Of a stretch of 64,000 bases of DNA, positions 19,450-29,236 are shown one piece after another. The stretch comes from Candidatus Woykebacteria bacterium (GTDB lineage Bacteria > Patescibacteriota > Microgenomatia > Woykebacterales > RBG-16-39-9b). Below the pieces are notes generated by a model that was not told the origin of the DNA, did no database searches, and was given only the letters and a program-made list of their open reading frames with translations. The stretch is from NCBI GenBank assembly GCA_040876345.1, contig JBBDPM010000006.1:182431-246430 (forward strand), in the 5' to 3' direction. A program made the position numbers and the translations under genes. Position 1 is the stretch's first letter, and every line of letters starts with the position of its first letter.

Positions 19450-20570
19450 CTAAGTAGTTTACTTATATCATTAAACGCTACCAAAACAACTAAAGCTAAA
19501 AGAACTATAAAAGCGACTCCATGAATCAATCTTTCCGCCCTAGGATTGACTTTGTAACCGGTTAACCCTTCAATTAATATAAAGAAAAACCTTCCCCCAT
19601 CCAACGCTGGGATCGGAAGTATGTTCACTACTGCCAGTATTAAACTTATTAAGGCCGTGAGGCTAGCTAAGGCCCCAACTGCCGCAAACCCGCCAATACC
19701 TACAAATTGAGCAATTAAGGCAACTATCCCAACTGGACCGGCGACATTTTCGGTGATTGGCTCCGGAGTTTTTTCTTCAAAAGATTGCTTTATTAAACTC
19801 CCAATAGCCACTGCTTGAAATTGCAGAGTGTTAGCACTGTGTAAAAATCCAGCGAAAACTTTCTCCACTCCCTCATAACTTACTGTTGCAAGATCTATTC
19901 CTAAACCAACCCCAACCGACCCTTCCCCTTCCGGCGGCTTTTCTCTCGGCACTAAGCTAACTATCCGAGTATCTTTTTCTTCAATATTTTGAACTGTAAA
20001 GGTCACTTCTTCGCCAAGATTATCGCCAACAAAATCTTGAAGTTCCCTACTAGATTCCATCAACTTCCCGTCTGCCGAAATCACTTTATCCCCAACTTTT
20101 ATACCACTCTTGTCGGCAGGCGAATCCTTGGCGACATCCAAAATAACCGGGGAGTTTTGTTGTTTACCAAAAAAGAAATCTGTCTTTATAGCTGTTTGGT
20201 CAAAATCAAATTTAAAGCCGCTAAAGCCAAGAATTAAGTAGAAAATTAAAACCGCAAGAAGAAAATTGATAATGACACCAGCTGCCACAACCACCGCTCT
20301 TACCCAAGGCCCTTTTTTGGTAAAACTTCGCAGATCGTTTGATTCTTCCTCCTCACCAAGCAAGCGGACGAAACCACCGGCTGGAACTGCATTAATCGAG
20401 TAGATTGTCTCACCTTTTTTCTTGCCCCAAATTCTTGGGGGAAAACCAAATCCAAATTCCTCGACTTTAATTCCAAAAAACTTAGCCGTGGCGAAATGCC
20501 CAAACTCGTGAATGAATACGAGGAAAAGTAAAATAACTATTCCGATAAGAATTGCGAGTATTACTGCCAT
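19446..20570 (-). CDS. rseP: RIP zinc metalloprotease RseP (site-2 protease) with PDZ domain
   Basis: HEFGH, PDZ segment, NxxPxxxLDGG (NILPIPALDGGRF). Confidence 0.85.
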   Translation of the reverse strand: MAVILAILIGIVILLFLVFIHEFGHFATAKFFGIKVEEFGFGFPPRIWGKKKGETIYSINAVPAGGFVRLLGEEEESNDLRSFTKKGPWVRAVVVAAGVIINFLLAVLIFYLILGFSGFKFDFDQTAIKTDFFFGKQQNSPVILDVAKDSPADKSGIKVGDKVISADGKLMESSRELQDFVGDNLGEEVTFTVQNIEEKDTRIVSLVPREKPPEGEGSVGVGLGIDLATVSYEGVEKVFAGFLHSANTLQFQAVAIGSLIKQSFEEKTPEPITENVAGPVGIVALIAQFVGIGGFAAVGALASLTALISLILAVVNILPIPALDGGRFFFILIEGLTGYKVNPRAERLIHGVAFIVLLALVVLVAFNDISKLLR

Positions 20571-21125
20571 TTAGATTTGTGAGAGCTCTGTTTCTTTAAA
20601 TTTTAATGTTTGATCAATTTCTTTGATAACCTCATCGACTGCTTTTTGAACTTCGCCTTCGTAGCGGTGGCGCTCATCTTTAGAGATTAAGCTGCCTTTT
20701 TCATCCTTTTCCAGCTTTTCCATAACTTCCCGACGAACCCCTCTTACTGCCACTTTAGAGTCTTCAACTTTTTCGTGGACCACTTTTACAAGCTCGCGGC
20801 GCCTCTCCTCAGTAAGAGCGGGAATTGGCACCCGGATGACATTATTTTCCTCGGCTGGATTCAATCCTAAACCTGAGTCTCTCAAAGCTTTAACTATCGG
20901 AGCAGTATTGCCCGCATCCCAAGGTTGGACTATTAATAAACGCGGTTCAGGAGCGTTGATGGAAGAAAGGTCACGAAGAGGCATTGTAGATCCATAGGCT
21001 TCGACTTTAAGTTGTTCAACCAAGCCTGGATTCGCCCTACCAGTACGAACACTTGAAAGTTCACTCCTTAAGTGCTCAAGGGCCTTTTGCATTTTTTGTT
21101 TAGTATCGGAGATTAACTGCTCCAT
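20571..21125 (-). CDS. frr: Ribosome recycling factor
   Basis: 184 aa, canonical RRF sequence. Confidence 0.9.
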   Translation of the reverse strand: MEQLISDTKQKMQKALEHLRSELSSVRTGRANPGLVEQLKVEAYGSTMPLRDLSSINAPEPRLLIVQPWDAGNTAPIVKALRDSGLGLNPAEENNVIRVPIPALTEERRRELVKVVHEKVEDSKVAVRGVRREVMEKLEKDEKGSLISKDERHRYEGEVQKAVDEVIKEIDQTLKFKETELSQI

Positions 21126-21156
21126 AGAAATGATTGCGTACAGACTATCAGTCTAA

Positions 21157-21615
21157 CTATTCTCCAAGTGCAAAACGAGCAACTTTCTTAACTTGAATAT
21201 TCTCCCCAGTTTTAGCAATTGTCTCTTCGACCAGTTCTTTAATCTTTTTGCCTGAATCTCTAATATACTCCTGATCTAAAAGTTCCTCGGTGTTTTCTGG
21301 GCTCATCGCCGCTACCTGCATCGCAATCTCCTTGGCGAGAACCTTAAACTCCTCGGTCTTAGCTACGAAGTCGGTCTCACAAGCTAAGTGTACCATCGAT
21401 CCCACTTTACCACCAGCGTGAACATAAGTTTCGATCAATCCTTGGCCAGTTTCGCGAGCCGCCTTTTTGGCCACAATTTCGGCTCCCTTTTTCTTCAGAA
21501 TTTCCTTGGCTTTATCAAGATTACCCTCTGCTTCAAGCAGGGCGCGTCTTGCATCCATCACCGGAGCACCTGTCTCGTCTCTTAATTTTTTAACTTGGGT
21601 AGCGGTTATTTCCAT
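21157..21615 (-). CDS. tsf: Elongation factor Ts (short form)
   Basis: N-terminal UBA-like ITATQVKKLRDETGAPVMDARRAL; conserved rpsB-tsf-frr order. Confidence 0.85.
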   Translation of the reverse strand: MEITATQVKKLRDETGAPVMDARRALLEAEGNLDKAKEILKKKGAEIVAKKAARETGQGLIETYVHAGGKVGSMVHLACETDFVAKTEEFKVLAKEIAMQVAAMSPENTEELLDQEYIRDSGKKIKELVEETIAKTGENIQVKKVARFALGE

Positions 21616-21617
21616 TT

Positions 21618-22430
21618 TTAGGATTTATCCTCCTTAACATTTTTCGCCCGAGTAGCACTAGCCTTAACTTCTTCTTTAGCAGATTTCAACTCGGCTGATT
21701 CTTGAAGAGCTTTTTCTTTTTCTTCTCTTTTCAATTCCTTCTTTTCCCAAAGCTTACGGCCCTCTTCATACGAATCCGCCATGGCTTTGACGATGATCGA
21801 TATGGATTTTATCGCATCATCATTAGCTGGGATCGGGTAAGTCACTTTAGTAGGGTCGGCGTTAGTATCCACCACCGCTATCACCGGAACCCCCATTTTA
21901 TTTGCTTCGGCGACGGCATTTGCTTCTTTCCGAGAATCCACCACAAAAAGAGTATCTGGTCGTCTTTCAAGGTTGCGGATACCGCCGATAAAGGTTGTTA
22001 ATTTATCAATTTCCCGCTGAATTAAAAGCTGTTCTTTTTTTGTTAAATCTTTTTCTTTTGCTTCCCTTAGTTCTTCCTCAAGCCGAGGAAGCTTAAGGAT
22101 AGTCTTCTGGACAGATTCCCAGTTAGTAAGAAGTCCACCAACCCAGCGATGGGTAAGGTGCATGGCGCCAGCTCTTTCCGCCTCGCCTTTGACAATTTCT
22201 GCTCCTTGCTTCTTGGTGGCGACAAAGATCACGCTACCGCCTCTTGCAGCTACTTCTTTCAAAAATTCGGCAGCTTCCTTAAGGAGTTTTTCAGTTTTTT
22301 CCAAATCAATTATATGAATGCCCTCTTTGGAAGTGAAGATATACGGAGTCATTTTTGGATTCCACCTTTTTGTCAGGTGCCCAAAATGCGCCCCAGATTC
22401 TAATAATTCTTGTATTGTTGGTAACTTCAT
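21618..22430 (-). CDS. rpsB: 30S ribosomal protein S2
   Basis: LLESGAHFGH... canonical S2. Confidence 0.9.
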   Translation of the reverse strand: MKLPTIQELLESGAHFGHLTKRWNPKMTPYIFTSKEGIHIIDLEKTEKLLKEAAEFLKEVAARGGSVIFVATKKQGAEIVKGEAERAGAMHLTHRWVGGLLTNWESVQKTILKLPRLEEELREAKEKDLTKKEQLLIQREIDKLTTFIGGIRNLERRPDTLFVVDSRKEANAVAEANKMGVPVIAVVDTNADPTKVTYPIPANDDAIKSISIIVKAMADSYEEGRKLWEKKELKREEKEKALQESAELKSAKEEVKASATRAKNVKEDKS

Positions 22431-22516
22431 TTTTTACTTGAAAACAACCCTTTTTGACCTCCGCCTGAAATCCAGCTGCTGCCAGAGGGTTTAAACGTCA
22501 GGCGTGTGAAATCGAT

Positions 22517-23212
22517 TTAAGTATAATCTATACTGTCAAACATGACAATTTTATGCTTTTTGAGAATGCCGACAATCTCTTTATTAATAGAGTCTTTTGA
22601 TCTCATAACGCCATTATTACCCACACAACTTACTTTCACCCAATGTTTAAATCGTTTTGATAATAGATCGTACATTTTTTCTGTTTTGGTAAGGTATTCA
22701 AAGTTCTCTTCGTGAATATCACTTTTTCGGCCTCGGCCTTTAATTAAAACCTTAGCAACAGCAACCGGTACGTGAAGGTAGATTACTAAATCTTCTTTGG
22801 GTATTTTATTTACCTTGTACTCAAGCTCCAAAAGCCAGTGTAAAAATTTGTCTTTCTCAGGGTCTGGAATATTTGCACCAGAATAGGCCATGTTGCTTGT
22901 TGCGTAGCGATTAGCTAACACTATTTTTCCAGCTCGCAACCAAGCGTTCATTTCACGCTTGGCCGTTACCCGGTCTAAAGAATAGGCTAAAGACACTAAA
23001 TAAGGGCTAACTTTAGCCACTTCTCCAAATTCACCCTTCAGATAGCGCTCAATAGTCTTGCCGTGAAAGCTTTCTTTATAGCGGGGAAACTCAATTGATT
23101 CGACTGGATAATTCTTTTGTGCAAGAGCCGATTTTAAAAGAGAGGCTTGAGTAGCTTTTCCACTACCGTCTGTGCCTTCGATGACGATTAATTTGCCAGG
23201 CCGCTTTTGCAT
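22517..23212 (-). CDS. tmk: Thymidylate kinase
   Basis: P-loop IVIEGTDGSGKAT, DRY-type motif (ANRYATS), lid region. Confidence 0.65.
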   Translation of the reverse strand: MQKRPGKLIVIEGTDGSGKATQASLLKSALAQKNYPVESIEFPRYKESFHGKTIERYLKGEFGEVAKVSPYLVSLAYSLDRVTAKREMNAWLRAGKIVLANRYATSNMAYSGANIPDPEKDKFLHWLLELEYKVNKIPKEDLVIYLHVPVAVAKVLIKGRGRKSDIHEENFEYLTKTEKMYDLLSKRFKHWVKVSCVGNNGVMRSKDSINKEIVGILKKHKIVMFDSIDYT

Positions 23213-23425
23213 GGTGCTATTCTAACTTGAAATTGGCAAAGATTCAATAAAGGGGTGTGGGCAGGGATTGCCTCACAGCTCGCCAATTTCCCCCGTGAAG
23301 GTCATACCGCTCCTCCTCACTCCCGTTATCAGATAACCGCCGCTCTCCTTTTCCGACACATGAACCGCCCGCACTCTCTTGACCTCCACAACCACACCGT
23401 CTGGCACTACCGAGTATGAGTCAAT

Positions 23426-23794
23426 CTAGCCATTACTTGGGCTGGTATCTATCGGCTTTTCGAAGTAGTAGGTTAACCCGCCAGTCGTGCAATCGCCACA
23501 CGCCAGTGTGACTGACCAGACTGCGTAAAGAGTACCGTCGCTCCGCAACTCGGCGGTGTTCCAGAGCGGCGGCGCTGATCTCGAATCGAAGAGCTTCGGT
23601 TCCACCCCTTCAGGATCGAAGGATAGGGCGAGGCTCTTTGTCAGATCCTCCGAGAGCTGCGGCACGCGGATTTGTTCCACTCGCTGAACCTTCTCAGGGT
23701 ACCGCTCCAAGTTAAGGAGCGTAACGAGTGCTAACGGTATCAGAATGGAGAGGGCCAGAACAGGACCAATCCCACCCAAGCCTGTGGGTTTCAT
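23426..23794 (-). CDS. Hypothetical membrane/secreted protein on GC-rich island
   Basis: N-terminal TM GPVLALSILIPLALVTLL; about 58% GC. Confidence 0.35.
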   Translation of the reverse strand: MKPTGLGGIGPVLALSILIPLALVTLLNLERYPEKVQRVEQIRVPQLSEDLTKSLALSFDPEGVEPKLFDSRSAPPLWNTAELRSDGTLYAVWSVTLACGDCTTGGLTYYFEKPIDTSPSNG

Positions 23795-23812
23795 ACTGCA
23801 TAACCGTCCCTC

Positions 23813-23989
23813 CTACTGTCTTCTCTGACCGGGTGAGTTGCGAGCGCGGTTTTGGTGTCTGTCCCGCCGACTCACCCGAGCTTGTGTGTCTCTCCTGTTG
23901 TTGCCGTTGGTAGTCCCCCGATTCGGCTTCTGGCCCCTGCGACCCCTCTTCGCCGGAACCTTCAGGCCACCTTTCTTACGCTTCTGCAT
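23813..23989 (-). CDS. Small highly basic peptide (58 aa), hypothetical
   Basis: GGAGG RBS immediately upstream of ATG at 23989; MQKRKKGGLKVPAKRGRRGQKPNRG...; 19 nt upstream of the 23794 gene. Confidence 0.3.
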   Translation of the reverse strand: MQKRKKGGLKVPAKRGRRGQKPNRGTTNGNNRRDTQARVSRRDRHQNRARNSPGQRRQ

Positions 23990-24071
23990 GGAACCTCCTT
24001 CTCCTTCCGTGCTGGTTGTTAGCTTGCGCTATTATATTGTTAACTGGGATTTTTTGTCAAACAAAGGGGAA

Positions 24072-24512
24072 TTACAGATTTCTTGGGTTTTTCAATCCAG
24101 CGTGAATTGCATTTTTGACATTAGGTAAGAGGTTGTATTTATCCAAATCTTCAATTCGAATCCATTCAGGGGTTGATTCTGGTGAGGAGACAAGCTCTCC
24201 CTCAAAATCTTTAGAAAGAAAAACTTTCATAGAAAACTTTTTCACTGTGCCGTCTTTTCTTTTAACATCTGCTTTATAAAAATTTTCTGGAAACTCCAAA
24301 AGATCTTTTTCATCTTTTATGAACCCAGTTTCTTCCTTAAGTTCCCTTACAGCTGCTGCCTTTTCCTCTTCTTTCTCTTCCAATGTGCCTGATGGGAGAC
24401 CATAAGTACCAGGCTCATGCCCAGCATCCTCTTCATGCTTCACCAAAAGCACTTTCTTATCTTTAATAATCAACACAGCAACTGTAGGAATTACGTTGGG
24501 GCTTGAGTTCAT
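24072..24512 (-). CDS. NUDIX hydrolase
   Basis: Nudix box GLPSGTLEEKEEEKAAAVRELKEETGF. Confidence 0.8.
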   Translation of the reverse strand: MNSSPNVIPTVAVLIIKDKKVLLVKHEEDAGHEPGTYGLPSGTLEEKEEEKAAAVRELKEETGFIKDEKDLLEFPENFYKADVKRKDGTVKKFSMKVFLSKDFEGELVSSPESTPEWIRIEDLDKYNLLPNVKNAIHAGLKNPRNL

Positions 24513-24520
24513 AAATTAAC

Positions 24521-25471
24521 CTAAAACCCGCCGACAACTGTCACTTCAGCTTTTATTGTCGGGTGGGGATCATAGTCTTCAAGAGTAAAATCTTCAAAAA
24601 TAAAATCATCAATTTTTTTGACTTTAGGATTCAGCTTCATCTTGGGAAAGGGTTTTGGTTTCCTCTTTAGCTGCTCGCGTACTGCATCAAAATGGTTTTC
24701 ATAAATGTGGACGTCTCCCCAGGTTAGAATAAACTCGCCCGGCTTAAATCCAGTCACCTGGGCAATCATCAAAAGAAGCAGGGAGTAGCTGGCAATGTTA
24801 AAAGGAACTCCGAGGAAAATATCGGCACTTCTCATGTAAAGTTCTAGTGAAAGCTTCCCCTCATCATCCACATTAAGCTGGAAAAAGGTATGACAGGCAG
24901 GAAGTACGACGGATTTTCCAGGCAGCGCCATCTCGTAAATATACTCCGGGTTCCAAGCAGAAATCACCACGTGTTTACGCTGGGGAGTTTTTTTCAGTTT
25001 TTCAATTGCCCAAGCAAGCTGGTCGATTTCTCGTCCGTCAGAAGCAGGCCAGCGCCGCCAGTTCACCCCATAAACTGGTCCAAGCTCGCCCCACTTCTTG
25101 GCAAACTTTGGCTCCTCCGCAATTTTTTGAACGAATTCCTCCTCCTCCATTTTTGGTACTTTTCCTTTTTCCATTTCCTTTAGATAGATCTTGTACGCCC
25201 ATTCATCCCAAATGTGCACGTTATTATCCACCAAATATTTAATATTAGAATCCCCCTTCAAAAACCAAAGCAGCTCATGGATAACTCCTCTTATAAAAAC
25301 TTTTTTGGTGGTGAGTAAAGGAAAACCCTGGGAAAGATCAAAGCGAATCATTCGGCCTAAAACACTCTTAATTCCAATTCCAGAATTAAATTCACGTTTC
25401 AGATGACCATTTTTTAAGATGTCTCTCAATAAATCTAAGTATTGTTGTTCAGGATGAGACTTATCAGTCAT
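24521..25471 (-). CDS. thyA: Thymidylate synthase (ThyA)
   Basis: Active-site region PACHTFFQLNV, RSADIFLGVPFNIASY. Confidence 0.9.
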   Translation of the reverse strand: MTDKSHPEQQYLDLLRDILKNGHLKREFNSGIGIKSVLGRMIRFDLSQGFPLLTTKKVFIRGVIHELLWFLKGDSNIKYLVDNNVHIWDEWAYKIYLKEMEKGKVPKMEEEEFVQKIAEEPKFAKKWGELGPVYGVNWRRWPASDGREIDQLAWAIEKLKKTPQRKHVVISAWNPEYIYEMALPGKSVVLPACHTFFQLNVDDEGKLSLELYMRSADIFLGVPFNIASYSLLLLMIAQVTGFKPGEFILTWGDVHIYENHFDAVREQLKRKPKPFPKMKLNPKVKKIDDFIFEDFTLEDYDPHPTIKAEVTVVGGF

Positions 25472-25495
25472 ATTTCTCCCTTTCTTGACACAAAT

Positions 25496-26035
25496 TCAAA
25501 CCTGCTTCTCCTCCCCTTCAGTTGTAACTCTTCCTCCTTGCCACTGGCCTCGGTAGGAAGCTCCTTTCCCTGCAATTTCAGAAAATATTATGTGAGCGAC
25601 TCTGGCTCCCATCTCGACTTTAAAATTCGAATTTCCCATATTTTTCAAGCCAAAAGTCAAAATCCCTTTATATCCAGGGGCTACTTGAGTTGAAAGTAAC
25701 CACATACCGCTTCGTAAAAGTGTTGAGCGTGGGTATGGGATCGCAACAATGTTGTCAGATAGATTGACCGACTCTACAGTTTGCATCAGGTAAAACTCGG
25801 CTGGTTTTATTGTAAAAGTAGAGGATTTCTTCGAATCGTATTTCGCAACCGAAGTATGATCGACGGTGTTCCTTTTTTCGACCCCCAAAAAAGTCTCTCC
25901 TTTTATTTTAAATAACTCGCCTAGCCGAAGATCAAGACCCACTCCTTCAGGATTAGTAAGCTCACGCTCGCTTAGGCCTTCAACCAGCTTTGAAGTCTGT
26001 ATTAATTCCTTTATTTTCTCCTGACTTAGTACCAT
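25496..26035 (-). CDS. dCTP deaminase / dUTPase-family paralog 3
   Basis: 179 aa, beta-clip dUTPase-superfamily pattern; third of three tandem paralogs. Confidence 0.65.
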   Translation of the reverse strand: MVLSQEKIKELIQTSKLVEGLSERELTNPEGVGLDLRLGELFKIKGETFLGVEKRNTVDHTSVAKYDSKKSSTFTIKPAEFYLMQTVESVNLSDNIVAIPYPRSTLLRSGMWLLSTQVAPGYKGILTFGLKNMGNSNFKVEMGARVAHIIFSEIAGKGASYRGQWQGGRVTTEGEEKQV

Positions 26036-26160
26036 GACTTTTTAATTATAGCCCACACGGTGGGAGCAGAACGCGGGAGTACTCAAATTTTGAGTTCGGC
26101 GATAAAATTTGATTACGGAGCGTTCTATTTTTTTGATTGTCTCCTGAGAAAGCACCATAA

Positions 26161-26634
26161 TTAAAGCTTGCTCTTTTCGGGCTTATTGTGATCGTAACTT
26201 GACCGATACCCCGCAACGCTTTTGTCTACCTCCTCAAAAATTACCTGACAAACTGGCAAACCTGCGCTCAGAAGGACTGGCTTTTTGGAAAGATTTTTCA
26301 GGGTTAAAATTGGCTTCCCTGAATAATTTGGGGGCAAAAGATCGGCTTCAAAAGTTGTCAAAATACCAAGCCTGGCGATGGACGAGCGGGAAACAACTCT
26401 GCCCATTATATTTTCTGGAAGGCTTATGTGCTCGGCCGTGTTAGTCAGCAAAAATTCATCAAGTGAGAGGTGGTAATCAGCAAGATCTATCTCTTCCCCG
26501 CTATCTGGATTCAAGGCTTGACTGCCTAAATGTAGATCCACGCTAATTGCCCCGACCTTCGCTTCCTCAAACGGATCGATTTTAATCTTCCCAGTCTTTA
26601 TTAGGTTTTTGATAGTCTGTCCCGATAAAACCAT
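26161..26634 (-). CDS. dCTP deaminase / dUTPase-family paralog 2 (short, Dut-like)
   Basis: 157 aa; N-terminus MVLSGQTIKNLIKTGKIKIDPF mirrors Dcd. Confidence 0.65.
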   Translation of the reverse strand: MVLSGQTIKNLIKTGKIKIDPFEEAKVGAISVDLHLGSQALNPDSGEEIDLADYHLSLDEFLLTNTAEHISLPENIMGRVVSRSSIARLGILTTFEADLLPPNYSGKPILTLKNLSKKPVLLSAGLPVCQVIFEEVDKSVAGYRSSYDHNKPEKSKL

Positions 26635-26638
26635 AATA

Positions 26639-27259
26639 CTAAACCCTCACCGATTTTTTCCCGTGCCGGACATATCTGGCTTCTTTCTTACCTGACATTT
26701 CCTCCCCTAATTTACTTGCCAATGGACTTTCCTGGCCTGCATACTTAGCTCCTTTCTTCTTACGATAGGGATTATCTACTGGAGAAGAAACTTGTTCAAA
26801 AGTGAAAGAACATATTCTCATGCCAGGGTAAAGTGCTACGGGCATTACCCCAATGTTGCCAAGCTCCATTACTGGCTTGCCCACCCAACCCGGATCAAAA
26901 CGAGCAGCGGTTGAGTGAACAATTATTCCAAGACGTCCTAGGCTGCTTCTTCCTTCTAAGCGGCCGAGCAGGTCATCAGAAATCTCCAAATGCTCAACTG
27001 TCGTTGCCAGGCAAAACTCCCCCGGCCGCATAATGAAAGACTCATCCCCTTGCACAACAATGTCTTTCATCACATCTCCAGAAGTAGTACTGCGTGGATC
27101 AATATAAGGATATTTTGAATGGTTAAATATTTTAAAAGTGTTACCCAGGTGAAAATCAATGGAACAGGAGCCAAGTTGAACTTCAAGGTCTGGCGAAGGT
27201 GTAATTTTTATCTTACCCGAATCTATATATTCGCGAATATCTCTATCAGAAAGAATCAT
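26639..27259 (-). CDS. dcd: dCTP deaminase
   Basis: MILSDRDIREYIDSGKIKITP Dcd N-terminus, 206 aa typical size. Confidence 0.8.
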   Translation of the reverse strand: MILSDRDIREYIDSGKIKITPSPDLEVQLGSCSIDFHLGNTFKIFNHSKYPYIDPRSTTSGDVMKDIVVQGDESFIMRPGEFCLATTVEHLEISDDLLGRLEGRSSLGRLGIIVHSTAARFDPGWVGKPVMELGNIGVMPVALYPGMRICSFTFEQVSSPVDNPYRKKKGAKYAGQESPLASKLGEEMSGKKEARYVRHGKKSVRV

Positions 27260-27527
27260 AGGGACGGCGAACCCCGTGAAAGTTTAACTGAAGTGGGGCC
27301 CCTCCTTTTCGCATTCCATAATATCAGCGGAATAAATCAAAAACAAGAGGATCAAAATAGGTCACTCTGTAGGATGTGTGGAGGACCGGGGCGCGCTAGG
27401 ACGGTTGTCCGCAAACAGCGCGTCCCGGTCCTCAAGGCGGGGGAGGGAATGTCTTTCTAGTTGTGCCCCTACCCCCACCAGTACCATGATGTTGGTGTGT
27501 TCCAGGTTGGCGCGGAAGTTTGCTGCT

Positions 27528-27851
27528 TTACTGCTTTGGGGCAGTGTAAATGGCGTGCGGACCATCTAGTCCAGCACCTTCCCTACCAACCACGATGATC
27601 TCCTCGCCCCTTTCGGCTGCTTCTGTGAACCTACTCAATAGACCCTTGCTCCGCCATTCGACTTCTGCTCTAGAGTCTATCAGGTTATAGTGAGTTGCTA
27701 CCCTACCATCTGGAAGAGTCACTCTACTCCACACCCGCGCAGGATGAAGAGGGGCTTGAAAGTAGCGGACCGCGCAGGTTCCTTCTGGCAATTCAACAAT
27801 GAGAACGCCGCTCTTCTCATCGCTAAGTTGCGGTGGTTCGTCTGTGCCCAC
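27528..27851 (-). CDS. Hypothetical protein (GC-rich island), in frame with the upstream ORF across a single TAA
   Basis: GTG start directly after the TAA of 27852..28169 in the same frame; protein-like composition. Confidence 0.25.
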   Translation of the reverse strand: MGTDEPPQLSDEKSGVLIVELPEGTCAVRYFQAPLHPARVWSRVTLPDGRVATHYNLIDSRAEVEWRSKGLLSRFTEAAERGEEIIVVGREGAGLDGPHAIYTAPKQ

Positions 27852-28169
27852 TTACCATCGCCTCCCATATCCATAAACGGCCATCTGCCGCGCTCCAAGA
27901 GCACCACCAACTCGAGCGTGTGTGCTCGCCAAGATCACTCTTGTCCACTCATTTTGTGCCGCCGCGACGCTTCTCGCCATCGCTGCGTTGAAGCTCTCGT
28001 CTCCCTCCTGGTGCACTTCGTTGAAGTGAGTCCACACCCCACTACTGTGAGGAAAGTGGTATGTCGGTGGTGGCGGCCACAGTATACCACCACGATAGCG
28101 GATACGGTCTTTCCTCCCATCCACCGAGGAAACTACAACCCTGCCGCGTCCACGATTCCTGGATGCCAA
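27852..28169 (-). CDS. Hypothetical protein (GC-rich island)
   Basis: 105-aa ORF; possibly the N-terminal part of a disrupted 211-aa gene. Confidence 0.25.
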   Translation of the reverse strand: MASRNRGRGRVVVSSVDGRKDRIRYRGGILWPPPPTYHFPHSSGVWTHFNEVHQEGDESFNAAMARSVAAAQNEWTRVILASTHARVGGALGARQMAVYGYGRRW

Positions 28170-28654
28170 CTACGAACCTCCCTTTCGTTCGCGCTGATCC
28201 CTACCTGGGGTCCTTCCCGATCAAGGCTTTAATAGCCCGATTTGGATCTCTCAAAAAACAAATCGCGCCCTTCAAGCGCTTTATTAAAATTATAACGAAA
28301 AATCCCCAGGCGTTCAACAACTCAAGCTTGGGTTCGGCGAACCGCGGTAAGAGTTTCCATTCTCTTGCCGCGGCTCAGTCCACGCATCATCCCCAACTAA
28401 CGGATGTGCCCTTCCGCCAATTAGGAGACTGGCTGCCGACGAGAAGCTAATCTGACAGCCTCATCAACAGCCCAGTCTCCGATCTTCCTTGGTGCTGCAA
28501 CACACAGAAAGAAGCTCGGATCTTCCTTCCATGGGCTTCATGCGATGGATTTCCCCTCCCCATCTCCGGTCTCTTTGATCCGCCAGAGCTGTTTTTGAAC
28601 CCTCAAAAACAGATCCCGCTTATCAATCTTTGTTTTGTATATTACACCTCTCTG

Positions 28655-28712
28655 TCCAAAAAATCCAAAACCCCGAGGACTTATGCAGGCAATGCCCACG
28701 GCCTCGGGGTTT
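28655..28712 (-). terminator. Rho-independent terminator (minus strand)
   Basis: 11-bp perfect inverted repeat AAACCCCGAGG/CCTCGGGGTTT followed on the minus strand by TTTTGGATTTTTTGG, 27 nt after the stop of the 28739 gene. Confidence 0.5.
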
Positions 28713-28738
28713 GGCAGCTGACTTCTCTCCCACGTTCC

Positions 28739-29152
28739 TCACTCTTTCACGCCGATTGCAACCATCCCACCCGGCAATAGAACGGCGCAGGTCTCGTCCT
28801 TCCTCGTCTTCCGAAGAGCAAACGCCGCCACACTGACCAAGTCGTCGCCATTGGCCATTGTCGGCACCTGTGCGACTAGCAAGCACTTGAAGACGCCTGG
28901 CCCAGGAATCTCGATCGTGTCGCCGATCTCCATTTCCCGATCGTAGCTCGCAAACCGTACCCGTCGGCCGGTTATAGTGATCGAGCTAACACCCGTCAGT
29001 GGCTTGACCACATGAAGGCTTGACCGGTGCAAGCTTGGACTGGTCTCACCAGTTCCTTGCAAAAGCCTAGTTAAGGGGCCCATCTCCACCCTCCTTTCCA
29101 ATGTATTACTACTCTCACCTTGAGCAGTCCAACCTGCCTTCAACAAAAGCAA
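28739..29152 (-). CDS. Hypothetical protein (GC-rich island)
   Basis: ORF with downstream terminator; possible shorter start at MGPLTRLL. Confidence 0.35.
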   Translation of the reverse strand: MLLLKAGWTAQGESSNTLERRVEMGPLTRLLQGTGETSPSLHRSSLHVVKPLTGVSSITITGRRVRFASYDREMEIGDTIEIPGPGVFKCLLVAQVPTMANGDDLVSVAAFALRKTRKDETCAVLLPGGMVAIGVKE

Positions 29153-29236
29153 GTTGCACTAATCAAGTAAGGATCGACGGAGCCACACCTGGTGAAACAC
29201 CATGCGTGGCTCCGCAGAAGTGACCTGGGGTCTGGG

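Noticed and set aside
21702-22001. Plus-strand ORFs antisense within rpsB and tsf (21702..22001, 22149..22403, 21388..21585)
   Set aside because: Embedded antisense in highly conserved ribosomal/translation genes; no RBS; homopolymer-driven.
27690-28232. 180-aa plus-strand ORF in the GC-rich island
   Set aside because: Cys/Arg/Ser/Pro-rich composition without domain-like pattern. Antisense to more protein-like minus-strand ORFs.
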